DNA from: Pelagomonas calceolata | Lineage: Eukaryota | NCBI GenBank assembly: GCA_918797485.1 | Contig: CAKKNE010000005.1 | Location: 5,084,001 to 5,148,000, forward strand | Length of the DNA: 64,000 nucleotides | Reading direction: 5' to 3' | Part shown: positions 11,272-22,107 of the stretch, in pieces | Layout: every line of letters starts with the position of its first letter | Position numbering within the stretch: the first letter of the stretch is position 1 | The notes under the pieces: model-generated | Seen by the model: the letters and a program-made list of their open reading frames with translations, nothing else | Told to the model about the DNA's origin: nothing | Databases searched by the model: none | Made by a program: the position numbers and the translations under genes

Positions 11272-11443
11272 TACGGCGCAGTGCACGCTCCCTTTCGTCC
11301 GTCCCCACCCCTTTGCCTGCACATTATTGGGAACTCCCTATAACGTATAAATTGTCAACTGGATTGAGTCTACCTAGGTCGTCTTCCCGACGGCGTAGTA
11401 CGATTGATAAATTACAAGGAACTACTAAGGGACTGAAACCACG

Positions 11444-12331
11444 TCAGATGCGCCAGGACAGTTGCTCGAGAGGAGGCTGGAACCTCTTCTTCTTGTAGCG
11501 ATACGTGCTCTTGAACGCCGTTCTCTGGTGGGTGGTGGCGATTTTGGGTGGTTTCAAGATGGGGTCGTAATAATCTTGGGGCTTCCGGACCTTCGTTTGG
11601 CCCATGAATCTGGCAGGCATATCGTCGTAGTAGTGGAAGTGGTCCCGCCGATCGCGCCGGACCGGGGCCTTGATTTTGACGACGGGCGAATGCTTCGCGA
11701 CGGGATGCTTCGCGCCCATGGGTCGCTGGCCTTCGTTGTGGCCCGCGGCAGCGCCGTCCCGATTTTTCGTCAGTGGCCAGTAGCGCTCGGGCTGCGTGCG
11801 CTCGTCGGCCTTCCCGAACTTCGTGCGACCCGCGGTCGGATTCCTTGACTCTCTCTGGGTTCCGAAGCCTGAGGGTAAGGACTGCCTCGGCGCCGTGGCC
11901 GGCCGGCGGCGCGGATAAGCTGGCGGCGGCTTTTCCTCCTCGTAGTCGACGATGGACTTCGGCGATCGCTCGCGGGCCGTCGCGGGCCGCTCGCTCTTCG
12001 TCGGCGACCGCTCCGCGCCGCGGCGGGCGCCTCGCCGCGCCAGCATGCCCTCGATGTCGCGCATGCGGCCCTCCGCCGTGCCCAGCCGACTACGTAGCGC
12101 CTCGCGCTCTTTTTCCAACTCGGGCCGCACGTCCACGGGCCATGCGCAGCCCAGGTTGCCGTTCGACACGCGATAGGTCTCGACCCTCGTCGTGGCCTCG
12201 TCCCGCCGCGGATTCCAGGTCAGGAGCGCGCCGCGGTGGGCTGGTTTGTACGCTTCGATGCGTCTGGGTCCACCCAGGAAGCCCTCGGTGTCGGGATCGT
12301 ACATCCCTGTGTATAAGGGCAGGCTGCCCAT
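11444..12331 (-). CDS. Hypothetical protein
   Basis: ~295-aa ORF with plausible composition, a short coiled coil and RPATA motifs; no family recognised. Confidence 0.6.
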   Translation of the reverse strand: MGSLPLYTGMYDPDTEGFLGGPRRIEAYKPAHRGALLTWNPRRDEATTRVETYRVSNGNLGCAWPVDVRPELEKEREALRSRLGTAEGRMRDIEGMLARRGARRGAERSPTKSERPATARERSPKSIVDYEEEKPPPAYPRRRPATAPRQSLPSGFGTQRESRNPTAGRTKFGKADERTQPERYWPLTKNRDGAAAGHNEGQRPMGAKHPVAKHSPVVKIKAPVRRDRRDHFHYYDDMPARFMGQTKVRKPQDYYDPILKPPKIATTHQRTAFKSTYRYKKKRFQPPLEQLSWRI

Positions 12332-12830
12332 CTTTACTGCAGGGCCTTGATGGAGCAAGCCCAGCCCGGGGCGACTACAGATGGGCTCGATGGGAGCGGA
12401 CCCGGCCTTTTGGTGTACTGGGTGCAGCCGCTGGCTGCGCGGGCAGCGCGGGAGCCGACGAGGCTGATGGCGCTGCCTCCGCCTCGCCCCGACAAAAACT
12501 TGAAACGCAGCCCTATCCGCAGGACGGCCACACGGGTCGGAGGCGACGCTTCGCGGACGGTTCCGCGGATCGGAGCCGGCGGCTCTAGGTTCGGATGTTC
12601 GGCGCCATGAGAGAGATGTGGTCCATGGGATGATTTGTCTCTCTTGACGAGGACAGACGCAATATACGTCGAAGCGCTGCCGTAGGGGTCATCCCTTTTG
12701 AGCCGTGGTAGCGCTGCGGGCTGCCCTTTGCGCCTCTCCCGCCGGCCTGCAGACAATCCAGACCCATAGAGCTAATATCGGCAGAGTGCAGACTACGTTC
12801 GGCCTCACGCCGTCGCGCATACACACCAAG

Positions 12831-14180
12831 ATGACGACGACCTGGGACCACGTCCTGCGCACGGCCCTGATTAACTTGCACGCCTTCGAGTTCGGCTACA
12901 CCGTCGCGTTCACGGGCGCGACGCTCCAGTCGATGATCGACGCCGTCGACCTCTGCGGCGGCGCGGACCTCTGCGCCGAGGCGTCGTTCGTGGCCTCGGC
13001 GGCGCCACTGGGCGCGCTGCTCGCCGCGGCGGTCGCCGGGCGCCTGCTGGATAGCTATGGACGCCGGACGTTCCTGATCGCCGTGAGCGGGCTCTGGGTG
13101 GTCGGCTACGTCGTCGTCGCCTGCGCGTCGTCGCTGCTCGGCTTCGCGGCGGGCCGCGCGGTCGCGGGCGCGGCCATGGGCGCGACGTCCGTGGCGGTGC
13201 CCGTTTACGCCGCGGAACTCGCGCCGCCGAGGCTGCGCGGCCCGCTGGGCGGCCTCTTCAACGTGTTTATCTCTGCGGGTATTTTGGCGGTGTTCGCGCT
13301 CGGCGCGCGGGGCACGGACGACGGCGTCTGGCGGTGGATGGCTATAGCGGCCGTCGCGCCCGCGCTCGCGGTCGGCCTGGGCCTGCACCGCGGCTGGGTG
13401 CCCGAGTCGCCGCGGTGGCTCGCGCAGCAGGGGCGCGCGGCCGAGGCGAAGGAGGCGGCCGAGCATTTGTTCGGCCGCGGCGCCGCGGCGGACGAGGCCT
13501 GCGCCGTCCCGGAGCCCGCGAAGCGGCGCGCGTCACAGCGGTCCGTGGCGGTGGGGGTTGGTGTTGTGGGCTGCTTCGCGTTTTGCGGGAACAGCTGCAT
13601 CCAGGCCTACATGAGCGTCGTGCTCGAGGGCGCCGGGCTGTCCGAGGCGAGCGCGCGGGCGGGCGCCATCACCTACGCGTCGACGCAGTTTGTCTTCGCG
13701 GTCCTGATGGCCCTCTACGGCGTGGCGCGCTTCGGCCGACGGCCCCTGCTCATTGCCTCGGCGATGGGCGCCACGGCTGCTCTGACCGCCATGAGCACCT
13801 TCACCGAAACGCAGGAAGGGCTCTCGGCGTCGTTGGCCGCCGACGCGTACATCGCGGCGGTCACGCTCGGCCTGTCCACGCTCTCCTGGGTCTACTGCGC
13901 AGAAGTGCTGCCCGATGGCGAGCGGGGCCGGGGTATGGCCTACGCGACGTGCTTGTTCTGGGCCACTACGTTCGCGTCGTTGCAACTCTTCGACGTGGCT
14001 GTCGCCACGCTCACCGTCGCCGGAGTCCTCGGGCTCTTCGCGCTCTTCTCCGCGGGCGGCGCCCTGTTCTGCTACGCGTTCGTCGTGGAGACGCGGGGCG
14101 CGGCGTTATCCGACGTGCAGCGGCTCTTCTCCGACCAGCCTCCGTCGGAGGGGGACGCGCTGCTGGCGCCGAGGGTGTAA
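12831..14180 (+). CDS. MFS sugar porter family transporter
   Basis: About 12 hydrophobic segments; motifs DSYGRR, VPVYAAELAPPRLRG, PESPRWL, RFGRRPLL, AEVLP, VETRG. Confidence 0.92.
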   Translation: MTTTWDHVLRTALINLHAFEFGYTVAFTGATLQSMIDAVDLCGGADLCAEASFVASAAPLGALLAAAVAGRLLDSYGRRTFLIAVSGLWVVGYVVVACASSLLGFAAGRAVAGAAMGATSVAVPVYAAELAPPRLRGPLGGLFNVFISAGILAVFALGARGTDDGVWRWMAIAAVAPALAVGLGLHRGWVPESPRWLAQQGRAAEAKEAAEHLFGRGAAADEACAVPEPAKRRASQRSVAVGVGVVGCFAFCGNSCIQAYMSVVLEGAGLSEASARAGAITYASTQFVFAVLMALYGVARFGRRPLLIASAMGATAALTAMSTFTETQEGLSASLAADAYIAAVTLGLSTLSWVYCAEVLPDGERGRGMAYATCLFWATTFASLQLFDVAVATLTVAGVLGLFALFSAGGALFCYAFVVETRGAALSDVQRLFSDQPPSEGDALLAPRV

Positions 14181-14182
14181 GG

Positions 14183-14301
14183 TTTGCTTGTTGTGTACCC
14201 TTCACGCACCACTGCGCGTCCACTAAGCGGCGGCCGCGACCCCTTTGCTTTTTGTGTACCTTTACGCACCACTAAGCGTCCACTAGGCGGCTACCGCGAC
14301 C
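14183..14301. repeat. Imperfect tandem duplication, ~60 bp x2, just after the transporter stop
   Basis: tttgct(tg/tt)tgtgtacc..acgcaccact..gcgtccacta..gcgg..ccgcgacc at ~14183 and ~14244. Confidence 0.8.
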
Positions 14302-15023
14302 GCCGACGGGCCGCGGTGGGGTTTGTGGAGCGCGGCGAGGCCGGACCTTGTCCTGAGGCGTCAGCGGGGAGGTTCCTGCGCCTCAACACGTGTCCATACT
14401 GGTGTTTTTTTCGTGTTGTCAGGTTGCCGTACCAGGCGCCCCGTACTATTGAGCTCGGTACCGGAGCCGCGGCCGCTAAGAACGCTGTGATCCGCGCCCC
14501 TAGACCGTCTGGCCGGAAAAGGGTGCTCCCCGTAGCATCATCTGTAAACACCCCAGCTGCGCCCAAACTCCCTCGCACACCTGCGGCGTTATTGCGGCAC
14601 AGGCGAGGAGGCCTGCAAACCTATCTTCAAGGTTTTAACCGTATTGCGCGTCCTCCCGCGTCACGAAACTGCCATCACACGCCGCGGAGATCTCTTGCAG
14701 AGCAAGGGGTGTGGTTTTCCGCAACCTCTCTCCGCAGCTGCGTCCGTCCGATCGGCCGTCGTCCGGCTGTGCAGAACAGCCGTCCCACGCGCGACGCGCC
14801 GCGCCGCCGACCGGCACAGACCCTTGGAACTAAGCCGCGATCGACCTCGCAGGCCGAAGGACTGTCCCAATCACCCTAGGCGCCCCGATTCAGAATACTT
14901 GCACTCAACATTGAACCTGCTTTTTCCCCCTTTTCGGCGGCGAGCGACTTTGTTTTTGCATCGACCATCGACTAGGGGACCACTCCGCGCCTCTAACCCC
15001 AAAGCGGAGCCGAAACGATCGCT

Positions 15024-15121
15024 TGACTGTGAAACGCGGGCGTCAACCGAGGGGCGGCGCGTTCGACGGCCACCGCGTGACTGTAAACGCGGGCGTCAAC
15101 CGAGAGGCGCGTTCGACGGCC
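15024..15121. repeat. Imperfect tandem duplication, ~45-50 bp x2, upstream of the MYB start
   Basis: tgactgt(g)aaacgcgggcgtcaaccgag..ggcgcgttcgacggcc at 15024 and 15078. Confidence 0.85.
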
Positions 15122-15134
15122 CGTACGCAAAGCC

Positions 15135-15946
15135 ATGACGCGCAGCGGCGGTGCCGGCCGGGCCAAGCCGCCCGCCGCCCGGGCCAAGCCGCCCAAGACG
15201 AAAACCAACGAGGGCCGCTGGACGGACGAGGAACACCGCAAGTTCCTCGAAGCGTACGAGGCGATGGTCGCGGTCGACCCGGCGCGCCGCCGCTGGCCGA
15301 ACGTGGCCGCGGCCGTCGGTGTGGAAATCAACGAGTGTCGAGCAGGCATTGCGTCGATGGCGCGGATTCGATGCGAACGCCGTCAAGGATTATCTACACA
15401 GGCGGCCGTCGGCACGCGCTCGACGACCCAATGCCGCTCCCACGCGCAAAAGTACTTCAATGTGCGGAAATCAAACGTTCGGGCGAGTAAGCCTAAGACG
15501 CCTCGTGCGAGGACGCCAAGCACTCTCGCGCTGCGTCGAGGCCGCCAGAATAGTAGATAATACCTCCAGGCCGGCCTGACGCACTGGTTCCGCACAGGTA
15601 CTTCAAAAAATTGCGAAGGGCGGCGAAGAAACGCAGGGCTGTGCCAGCCGCGCCGGCGCCGCCGGTCGTCGTCACGGACTCGGACAGCTCGCTGGACGTG
15701 TCGTCGACCTCGCGCTCGCCGCGCGCGGCCGCCGCGCCGCCGCAAGCCGACTACGCAGCCGTCCCCACGCCGCCCGTGCAGCCGCGCGAGGGCTCCTTCG
15801 ACGACAGCCTCTCGCCGACGAGCGCTTTGCTCCGCGAGCCCATCGTGGACGACCGGGCGCTGACCGTCGACGACGCGCCGCACCTGACGGGGCCGATCTC
15901 CTCCTGGGCCTCCCTCTCCATGCTCGACCCAGGCTTCACCGCCTGA
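15135..15946 (+). CDS. SHAQKYF-class single-repeat MYB transcription factor (exons 15135-15308, 15402-15451, 15598-15946; ~190 aa)
   Basis: GRWTDEEHRKFLEA...W..VAAAVGTRSTTQCRSHAQKYFKK is restored once two introner introns are removed; frames are consistent. Confidence 0.9.
15309..15401 (+). mobile_element. Introner intron 1 (GC-AG; element 15317-15401)
   Basis: TSD gcggccgt at 15309-15316 and 15402-15409; ends cggtgtggaaatcaa / ttatctacacag. Its 93 nt interrupt the MYB domain in frame. Confidence 0.85.
15452..15597 (+). mobile_element. Introner intron 2 (GT-AG; element 15460-15597)
   Basis: TSD gtacttca on both sides; ends atgtgcggaaatcaa / ggttccgcacag. Close sequence sibling of the element at 35862-36003. 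Confidence 0.92.
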
Positions 15947-15999
15947 CGCTTCCTCTCTAACGCTTATTCTCTAGACACGATACAGAATTACACATAAGA

Positions 16000-16788
16000 C
16001 TACTCCGCACCACGCGCGCACCGCAGCGTGAACGACACGCGCTCCCCCGCGCGGCCCACGACGTCGCCGACGCGCGCGTTTGCGGCGTCGAGGTTCACAC
16101 AACACAAACCGATCGTGTCCGGAGCCGCCCCGATCTCGTGCGTGCACTCGGTATACGCCTCGCGGGAGAACGCCAGGAGCGACCGCCGTCGCAGCAGCAC
16201 CTCGCAGCGCGTCGCCGCCGCGCGGACGCCGATGTCGCTCGTTTTCAGGCGCTCCTTGAAGACGACGACGGCATCGGCGCCGCACGACAACGTGAACGTC
16301 CGATCGTCGTACGCGGGCCCGTCCGTGTGCGGCAGCACGTACGACTCCTTCGCGAAATCGTACGCGTTGACCAAAACGTGGTTCGGCGCCGGCCTTGACG
16401 ACGTGTCGCTCGCCGCGGCCGCGGCGCAGGCGTCGCGCGCCCACCGCGGGAGCGGCTCCGGCGCGAAGCTGGCCTCCCCCGCCGGGCCGCCCAGCCGTCT
16501 CAGTCGTCGGCCGCGCACAGTGACCCAGTCGTCGCCGCGCTTCGCCGCAGCCACGATCGCCGCCTCCTCGGCCTCGCTGATCCAGTCCGCCGCGTAGGCG
16601 ATGGTCGGCGGCGCGCCGGGCAGGGTTTGCAGCGGCGGTCGTTGTGTTGACGGGTCGAGGGCCGCGGTGGCGGCGTCGGGCGGCGGCCGGCGCTGCTGCT
16701 GTGGCTTGGGTGCCGGCTTTGCTACGGCTCCGCTCCTCGCTTTGCGCTTTTCGGCTCGCAGCATTGCTGCGAAATCGAGTGCAGACAT
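16000..16788 (-). CDS. AlkB-family 2OG-Fe(II) dioxygenase (ALKBH6-like)
   Basis: GRRL...GG, PNHVLVNAY, LPHTDGPAY (HxD), RRSLL, THEI, RVSFTLR. Confidence 0.85.
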   Translation of the reverse strand: MSALDFAAMLRAEKRKARSGAVAKPAPKPQQQRRPPPDAATAALDPSTQRPPLQTLPGAPPTIAYAADWISEAEEAAIVAAAKRGDDWVTVRGRRLRRLGGPAGEASFAPEPLPRWARDACAAAAASDTSSRPAPNHVLVNAYDFAKESYVLPHTDGPAYDDRTFTLSCGADAVVVFKERLKTSDIGVRAAATRCEVLLRRRSLLAFSREAYTECTHEIGAAPDTIGLCCVNLDAANARVGDVVGRAGERVSFTLRCARGAE

Positions 16789-17112
16789 CCGACGAGCTAC
16801 TCACGATCCTCAAACGATGCGTTCGCGTGTGTTAAGGGCGTGATGAAGCTGTGGTTGCTGCTAGTATGTTACTACACTAGCACCACCCATCCTCCAACTT
16901 TTTTGGCTGGGAAGAGCCGTTGCTTGCAGTGGTGATTAAGCTTCATCATTTCAACACCTGACGAAATTCGCAACGCATCGCTTGCGACAGCTGAAACCCC
17001 AGGACTCACCCGAGCCCCTGGTGGGCCTGGTGCAGCACAGCAGCCAGCCAAGGAGTAAAAACATTGAGACCAGCCGGTCGTCAGAGCAAGCAAGCAGGAG
17101 AACGTACAACTG

Positions 17113-18517
17113 ATGGCTGGCCGCGAGACGGTCGACGCGCACGGCTGGCACGCCCAGTAAGGCTCCCGTCTCAAAGACGAAGACATCGTACCACTGAGAA
17201 TCTCCTCGTAGGTATCACGGCCACCCTGTGCACGCCCTCGAGGTCGTCGAGCGGCAGCTGCGCGCGCAGGACAAGCCGAACCTCGTGTTCTTCGCCGGCG
17301 ACTCGAGCCTGGACAACAAATTCTGGTTCGAGAACCGCGCGAGGGCCGCGAACGGCTACGAGCACATTTTGCGGCCGCCTGAGAGCAAATTGGATGTGGC
17401 CTACCACGTCAACAAACTACTCGAGGCGCGGAATCCGCGCTGGGCCTGCGTCAACACGGCCGTCGAGGCGACGAGTCTGAATGATCGGGCGTTCGGCAGA
17501 CTGCTCGAGCAGGATCAGTTCCTGCGGGATTCGGTGCGCGAGACGGACGCCGTCGTGATCAGCGTCGGCGGGAACGATATCGCGCTCGCTCCCCTATTGT
17601 GCACGTGCTGCAACGTGGCGCCGCTACTCTGCATCGGAGGCCTCTGCGGCGACGCGATCGACCGCTGCGCCTGCGCGTGCCCGCCGGACGTCTACACGCC
17701 CTGCGGGGGCGCCACGGACTGCGGCTGCTGCCTGTGCGGGCTGCCCGGCTGCCTGACGGGGTTGTGTGGGTTCCCTCCGGGCCTGGGGTATTTCGTGGAC
17801 TTATTTGGAAATCGGGTGAGGGCGTACGCTTCAAATTTGGTGGCGAAGAAGAAGCCGCGCGTCGTCGTGATATGCATGATCTACTACCTGGATGTAAATG
17901 GGCGCGGCTCGTGGGCCGACGCGACCCTGCAGTTGCTCGGCTACAACTATGCGCCGGGCGTCTTGCAGCGGGGGATCCGGCAGGTCTATCGGAACGCGAC
18001 GAAGCGGATACGCCTGAATGGCGTTCCTGTTGTTGCTTTGCCGTTGTTCGAGGTCTTGGACGGCTCCGACACGCGCGACTACGTCCAGCGCGTCGAGCCG
18101 TCGCCGACCGGGGGCGCAAAGCTCGCAAAGGCCATCGTCGACGCCGTCCTCGACGCGACCGACGCGGAGGACCGGTCTAGGAATCCTATAACCACAAAAG
18201 AACAGTCTACAACCCTGGCGCCGGATACAGAGCGCTCCACCCCAGCTTCCTCGCCTGAAAAAGCGCCAGCGCCCGCCGCTCCTCCTCGCTCAGGTCGGGA
18301 TGCCAGACGTCCACGAGCAACACGTACGCGTGGCGGTTGGCGCGGCGGTTGTACGCCGTGTGGGGGAACGACGTGTCGACCAGCGTCGGCGGAAGCGGCC
18401 GGCCCGTCGCGTCGTGCCATTGAGCGACGGCCCGGAGACCGCCAACGGGCTCGGCGAGCGCATCATCGAGGTCCGCGAAGGCCAGCCCCGCGCCGTCACT
18501 CGGCAAGTCTAGCTTAA
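17113..18517 (+). CDS. SGNH/GDSL hydrolase-like protein with Cys-rich insert (exon 17113-17156, GT-AG intron 17157-17211, exon from 17212; 3' end uncertain)
   Basis: FFAGDSSLDN block I, VISVGGNDIA block III, and DYVQRVEPS..GG. The intron phase fits. The frame runs ~310 nt into the convergent gene. Confidence 0.75.
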
Positions 18518-19799
18518 AGTCGAGGCGAAACGCGAGCTCTTCGGCGTCCGGCGCCGGTGCCGCGTCGTCCTCGTGCAGTAGATCAAGCGGCACGTGGGCC
18601 GTGAGCACGTAGGTCGCCTTGTCGCTGTGGACGGGTAGCGCCGAGTCCGGCCGCTGACGACCGAAGCCGACGATCCGCGGGCCGTCCGGGACTTCAAGGG
18701 AGTCGAGCAGCGCCGTCGTGGCGGGAAAGCTCGCGGCGCGCCGCGCCGACGCCGCGGTCCGCACCTCGAAGAGCTCGAAATTGCGATACCCCGCCGCGCC
18801 GCCGTACAGGAAGCCGTCGCGCCAGGCGCCGCCCTCCGCCCGCAGCCGCGCGCGCTCGAAGAGCACCTCGCTCATCTCGTCGGCGATTTGCGGTGCCTGC
18901 AGTCGCAGCCCGAAGAGCCACTTCGGCGGCGCGTCCCAGACCGGATGGGCCGCGAGCCCGGGGTAGTGGCCGTCGCGCGCGACGACCTGGCCCGAGGAAA
19001 GTCTGCGGAGCGCCGGTCCCTGGTCGCGGCAATTCGCGCAGAACTCGTCAAAACGCGGCAGCGCCGCTTGCTGGCCGTCGTAGACCGCCTCGCATAGACC
19101 GCGCCAGAAGTCCGCGTCGTCGAGGGCGTCGCGGCGCGGCGTTGCGACCGCTGCCGCCGGCCGAATTGCGCCTCGACGAGTCGGCCGTTTAGTGGTTCCG
19201 GGCGCGAGGGCGCTCGCGCCGACGAGCGTGGCGGCGGCGACGAGGCGGCGCGCGGCGGCGGGCGTCGCGGCGCGCCCGCGGCCCTGGCGCCGGCGCGGAG
19301 CTGTCCGCGGCCGTAGGATGAGCGTCGCCGACGCGGCGCCGGACGCGTAGGCGGCGAGACCCGCGTAGGCGGGCACCGACGCTGCGCCAAGCGTGGCCAA
19401 GAGCACGAGCGCCGCCGGCACGAACCGGGACGGCCGCTGGTGGTGCGCGAGCCAGGTCCACGCCGCGCCGCCCATCAATCCGACCGTCAAGACACCGGCC
19501 GGCGCCGTCGCGCCGCGCAGCCGCAGCGCCACGACGCACACCTCGACGAGGCCCGCGCCGCGGTGCACCCAGAGCGGGTGGCCGAGGTCGCCCTCGACGA
19601 GTCGTAAGTAGGCGCGCGGCGCGACGCCTTGCACCGCAGCCAGGCTGAACACCGTCACGAGATACGCCTCGCACCACAAGACGTGATTCCAGTCGGCTTG
19701 GCTCGCAGCGATGGTAGCACTGAAGGCTGGGATGAGTACTAATGCAACGAAGAACAGCGGCCCGTCCCCGGCTCTTGGGAGCGGCTTGCTTCTCGCCAT
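18207..19799 (-). CDS. Aspartyl/asparaginyl beta-hydroxylase domain protein with N-terminal hydrophobic region (may be two adjacent genes)
   Basis: LPVHSD...LTAHVPL...VDTSFPHTAYN...VLLVDVWHPDLSEEERRAL matches the Asp_Arg_Hydrox pattern. Confidence 0.75.
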   Translation of the reverse strand: MARSKPLPRAGDGPLFFVALVLIPAFSATIAASQADWNHVLWCEAYLVTVFSLAAVQGVAPRAYLRLVEGDLGHPLWVHRGAGLVEVCVVALRLRGATAPAGVLTVGLMGGAAWTWLAHHQRPSRFVPAALVLLATLGAASVPAYAGLAAYASGAASATLILRPRTAPRRRQGRGRAATPAAARRLVAAATLVGASALAPGTTKRPTRRGAIRPAAAVATPRRDALDDADFWRGLCEAVYDGQQAALPRFDEFCANCRDQGPALRRLSSGQVVARDGHYPGLAAHPVWDAPPKWLFGLRLQAPQIADEMSEVLFERARLRAEGGAWRDGFLYGGAAGYRNFELFEVRTAASARRAASFPATTALLDSLEVPDGPRIVGFGRQRPDSALPVHSDKATYVLTAHVPLDLLHEDDAAPAPDAEELAFRLDFKLDLPSDGAGLAFADLDDALAEPVGGLRAVAQWHDATGRPLPPTLVDTSFPHTAYNRRANRHAYVLLVDVWHPDLSEEERRALALFQARKLGWSALYPAPGL

Positions 19800-19961
19800 G
19801 TTTTTTTGCAGGCTGCAGGCTGGCTGCTGGCTGGCGGCGCTAGTGCTGCAGCTCGCTGGCGGAAGTGGTGATTATTTTTCTCCGCAGGATCTTATGCTCG
19901 CTCGAAGAGCAATACTGATGCCTTGCGCGCCGCGACGCGGGCTGCTGCTGCGAGCCTGAAG

Positions 19962-19984
19962 CTAGTATGTCGGTACACTAGCAC
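19962..19984. promoter_or_regulatory. Representative copy of dispersed motif B, CTAGTATGTnnnTACRCTAGCAC
   Basis: Other copies at 16861 and 57765; all upstream of gene starts. Regulatory role inferred. Confidence 0.5.
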
Positions 19985-20114
19985 TATGCGGGTCTTGTCC
20001 CTCCGCAGCCCTGGACAGGGGCTCCGCCAACTAGTCCCAGCACCGTAATAACACCGATGCGAGTACTTTTTATTAGGGGTCGGAGCGCGGCCTAGGTGCC
20101 GTCGACGCGACGTC

Positions 20115-20516
20115 TCACGCGACCCCGACGTAGGGCGACGCCTGGACGCCCGGCGGCCCGTCGTAGGCGTCGTCGTGGCGGAAGCGCGCTCGCAGCGCCG
20201 CGCCGGTCACGAGGAAGGCCACGACCAGGGCGATGGCCAGCTGCACGGAGTCGTTCGCCAGGCACGCCGGCAGGCCCGCCGCCGCCTGAATCTGGGGCTC
20301 GTCGGCGTCGGCTATAAGGTTCGTCCAGTTCCTCGTTTGCGCCGAGAAGGCCCAGACGTCGTTGAGCCTTGCATATTTTTTTTTGCCGCTCTTCCGGGAC
20401 TTGATGTGCTCGCCCCCAAATAAAACGATGGCGTGGCCCCCGGGCCAGGCCGCCATGGCGGCGCACGCGGTGAGCAGCAACGCGGCGGCGAGCCTCAGGG
20501 CGTGGCGTTGCCTCAT
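20115..20516 (-). CDS. Small signal-peptide/TM protein containing one Kelch blade (possibly an internally deleted Kelch gene)
   Basis: Hydrophobic N-terminus, IVLFGG...LNDVWAFS..TRNWT, then a C-terminal TM segment. Confidence 0.5.
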   Translation of the reverse strand: MRQRHALRLAAALLLTACAAMAAWPGGHAIVLFGGEHIKSRKSGKKKYARLNDVWAFSAQTRNWTNLIADADEPQIQAAAGLPACLANDSVQLAIALVVAFLVTGAALRARFRHDDAYDGPPGVQASPYVGVA

Positions 20517-20774
20517 GGCGCGTCGGTGGCGCTTATTGGGCGTCTCCGCCTTCTTAAGGAACGCCCCGAGCACTGATATCGTAGGCAACAAGCGCGTATG
20601 CCTTGCCTGAATCTCGGGTGAAGTCACTGAAATGTTGCACCCACGAGCGAGAGATGCTCAAAGCTCTTCGGTGGGTTCGTACGTGATGAAAGGATCACGA
20701 AAAGGCGCCGTGGGTCCCCCGTGTATGCAAGTAGTAGGCGCACACTCCTGGGTGGTGGTTTGGGCTTTTTGCTT

Positions 20775-20798
20775 GCTAGTGTCTTACAGGCCGCTAGC
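20775..20798. promoter_or_regulatory. Representative copy of dispersed motif A, GCTAGTGTCTTACAGGCCGCTAGC
   Basis: Other copies at 21042, 31189, 45020(rc), 46683(rc), 49834(rc), 56009; all intergenic. Regulatory role inferred. Confidence 0.55.
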
Positions 20799-21091
20799 CC
20801 ACCTAAGCGCGGGAGCCCTGGAAGCCGCGCCCCGGGGACGGGATCTCCTCAAACTGGCTCATTGCCGAACTGACTCATCGCCGGGCACGCGGACTAAAAC
20901 TTCAATATAGAAGTTGACCGCGGGCCGACACCCACGTCCCATTGAGGCTTGGCGCTTTGGCGCCGTGGGGTGGCGGAACGGACGCATGAGGTCTTGGCCC
21001 CACCGCCGAAAGACCAATCTTGGGGCCCCGCTTGCTTGCTTGCTAGTGTCTTACAGGCCGCTAGCTCATAAAAAAAAACAAAAGGTATAGC

Positions 21092-21823
21092 TTAGTCATA
21101 CGTCTGCCGCATGCGCATCTCCTCCTCCGACCGCCAGACCCGAAAGTGGTCGCCGATGCCCGACTGGCCGTTGAGGCGCTGCTGCTTGACGCGCTCCTTG
21201 CCCGTCGGCTTGGCGCTGCGGTCGCCGCTCCCGCGCTTCGCCGCCGGTTTGGGCGGCGGCGGCGGCGCCGCGCGCTGTTGCGGAGGCGGCCGCCGGCCGG
21301 CCGCGGCGAGGTGCGTGCCGTAGCCGCGCAGGTCGTCGTGCTCGATGTTCGACGCCTGCTTGCCGACCCAGCCCCGGGCGGGGTCGTAGCGTTCGTACAT
21401 GTCGTGGCCGTACTCGCCCTCCTGCGCCTCGCGCGCCGCGCCGGCCGCCGCGGCCGCGCGGGCCGCGACCGCCGCGGACGGCCGCGCCGGGACCGGGTCG
21501 GGCTCGCGCGGCGCCGCGGCCCAGGCGGGCTTGGCGAGCCACGCCGCCGTGCCGCCGCCGTCGAGCAGGCTCGCGGCCGACGGCAGGCCGCTCGTGGAAA
21601 CGGCGGCGGGCGCGGCGGCCTCGGCTTCGTCCTCGGACTCCGACTCCCCTAACAATCCTTCGTCGTGCCGCGCCATCGGCGTGGGAGCTGCAGCAGGCGC
21701 CGGGGATGACCCGTCGTCGTGCCGCGCCGTCGGCGTCGAGGCTGCGGCGGGCGCCGGGGGTGCCGCAGCTGGCGCGTCGGCGTCCGAATCACTGGAGCTG
21801 CCGTAGCCGGCCAAGGCATTCAT
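21092..21823 (-). CDS. Conserved hypothetical nuclear-type protein
   Basis: Starts with LAGYGSSSDSD; ends KERVKQQRLNGQSG...WRSEEEMRMRQTYD, a tail recalled from uncharacterised eukaryotic proteins. Confidence 0.75.
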   Translation of the reverse strand: MNALAGYGSSSDSDADAPAAAPPAPAAASTPTARHDDGSSPAPAAAPTPMARHDEGLLGESESEDEAEAAAPAAVSTSGLPSAASLLDGGGTAAWLAKPAWAAAPREPDPVPARPSAAVAARAAAAAGAAREAQEGEYGHDMYERYDPARGWVGKQASNIEHDDLRGYGTHLAAAGRRPPPQQRAAPPPPPKPAAKRGSGDRSAKPTGKERVKQQRLNGQSGIGDHFRVWRSEEEMRMRQTYD

Positions 21824-22107
21824 GGTTTTGCAGTGCGCTGCTGCAGAAGGCGCAAGTTTGCGCGTTTGATAGTATGGAGCCGATGCGGCGCTTTGGATGA
21901 TGATAGGATGATAGACACACTAGACTCAAAACCGCGGGAAAGATACAGGGAGGGATCCGCCCCGACAATGCCCTCGCTAGGACCCCTAGTACGGTTCACA
22001 CAGCCGCCTCATGTCGTGGTGCGCGCTCTCCGGCGCTAGACAGGAGAGCGCAGCAAGACGCTGCCCAACAAAGGGGAAAGTACGCACATCGACTGGAAAA
22101 CGGCGGC

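Noticed and set aside
14184..15138. ORFs of 231 and 164 aa between the transporter and MYB genes
   Set aside because: Non-ATG starts, non-coding composition and overlap with tandem duplications; likely UTR/promoter.
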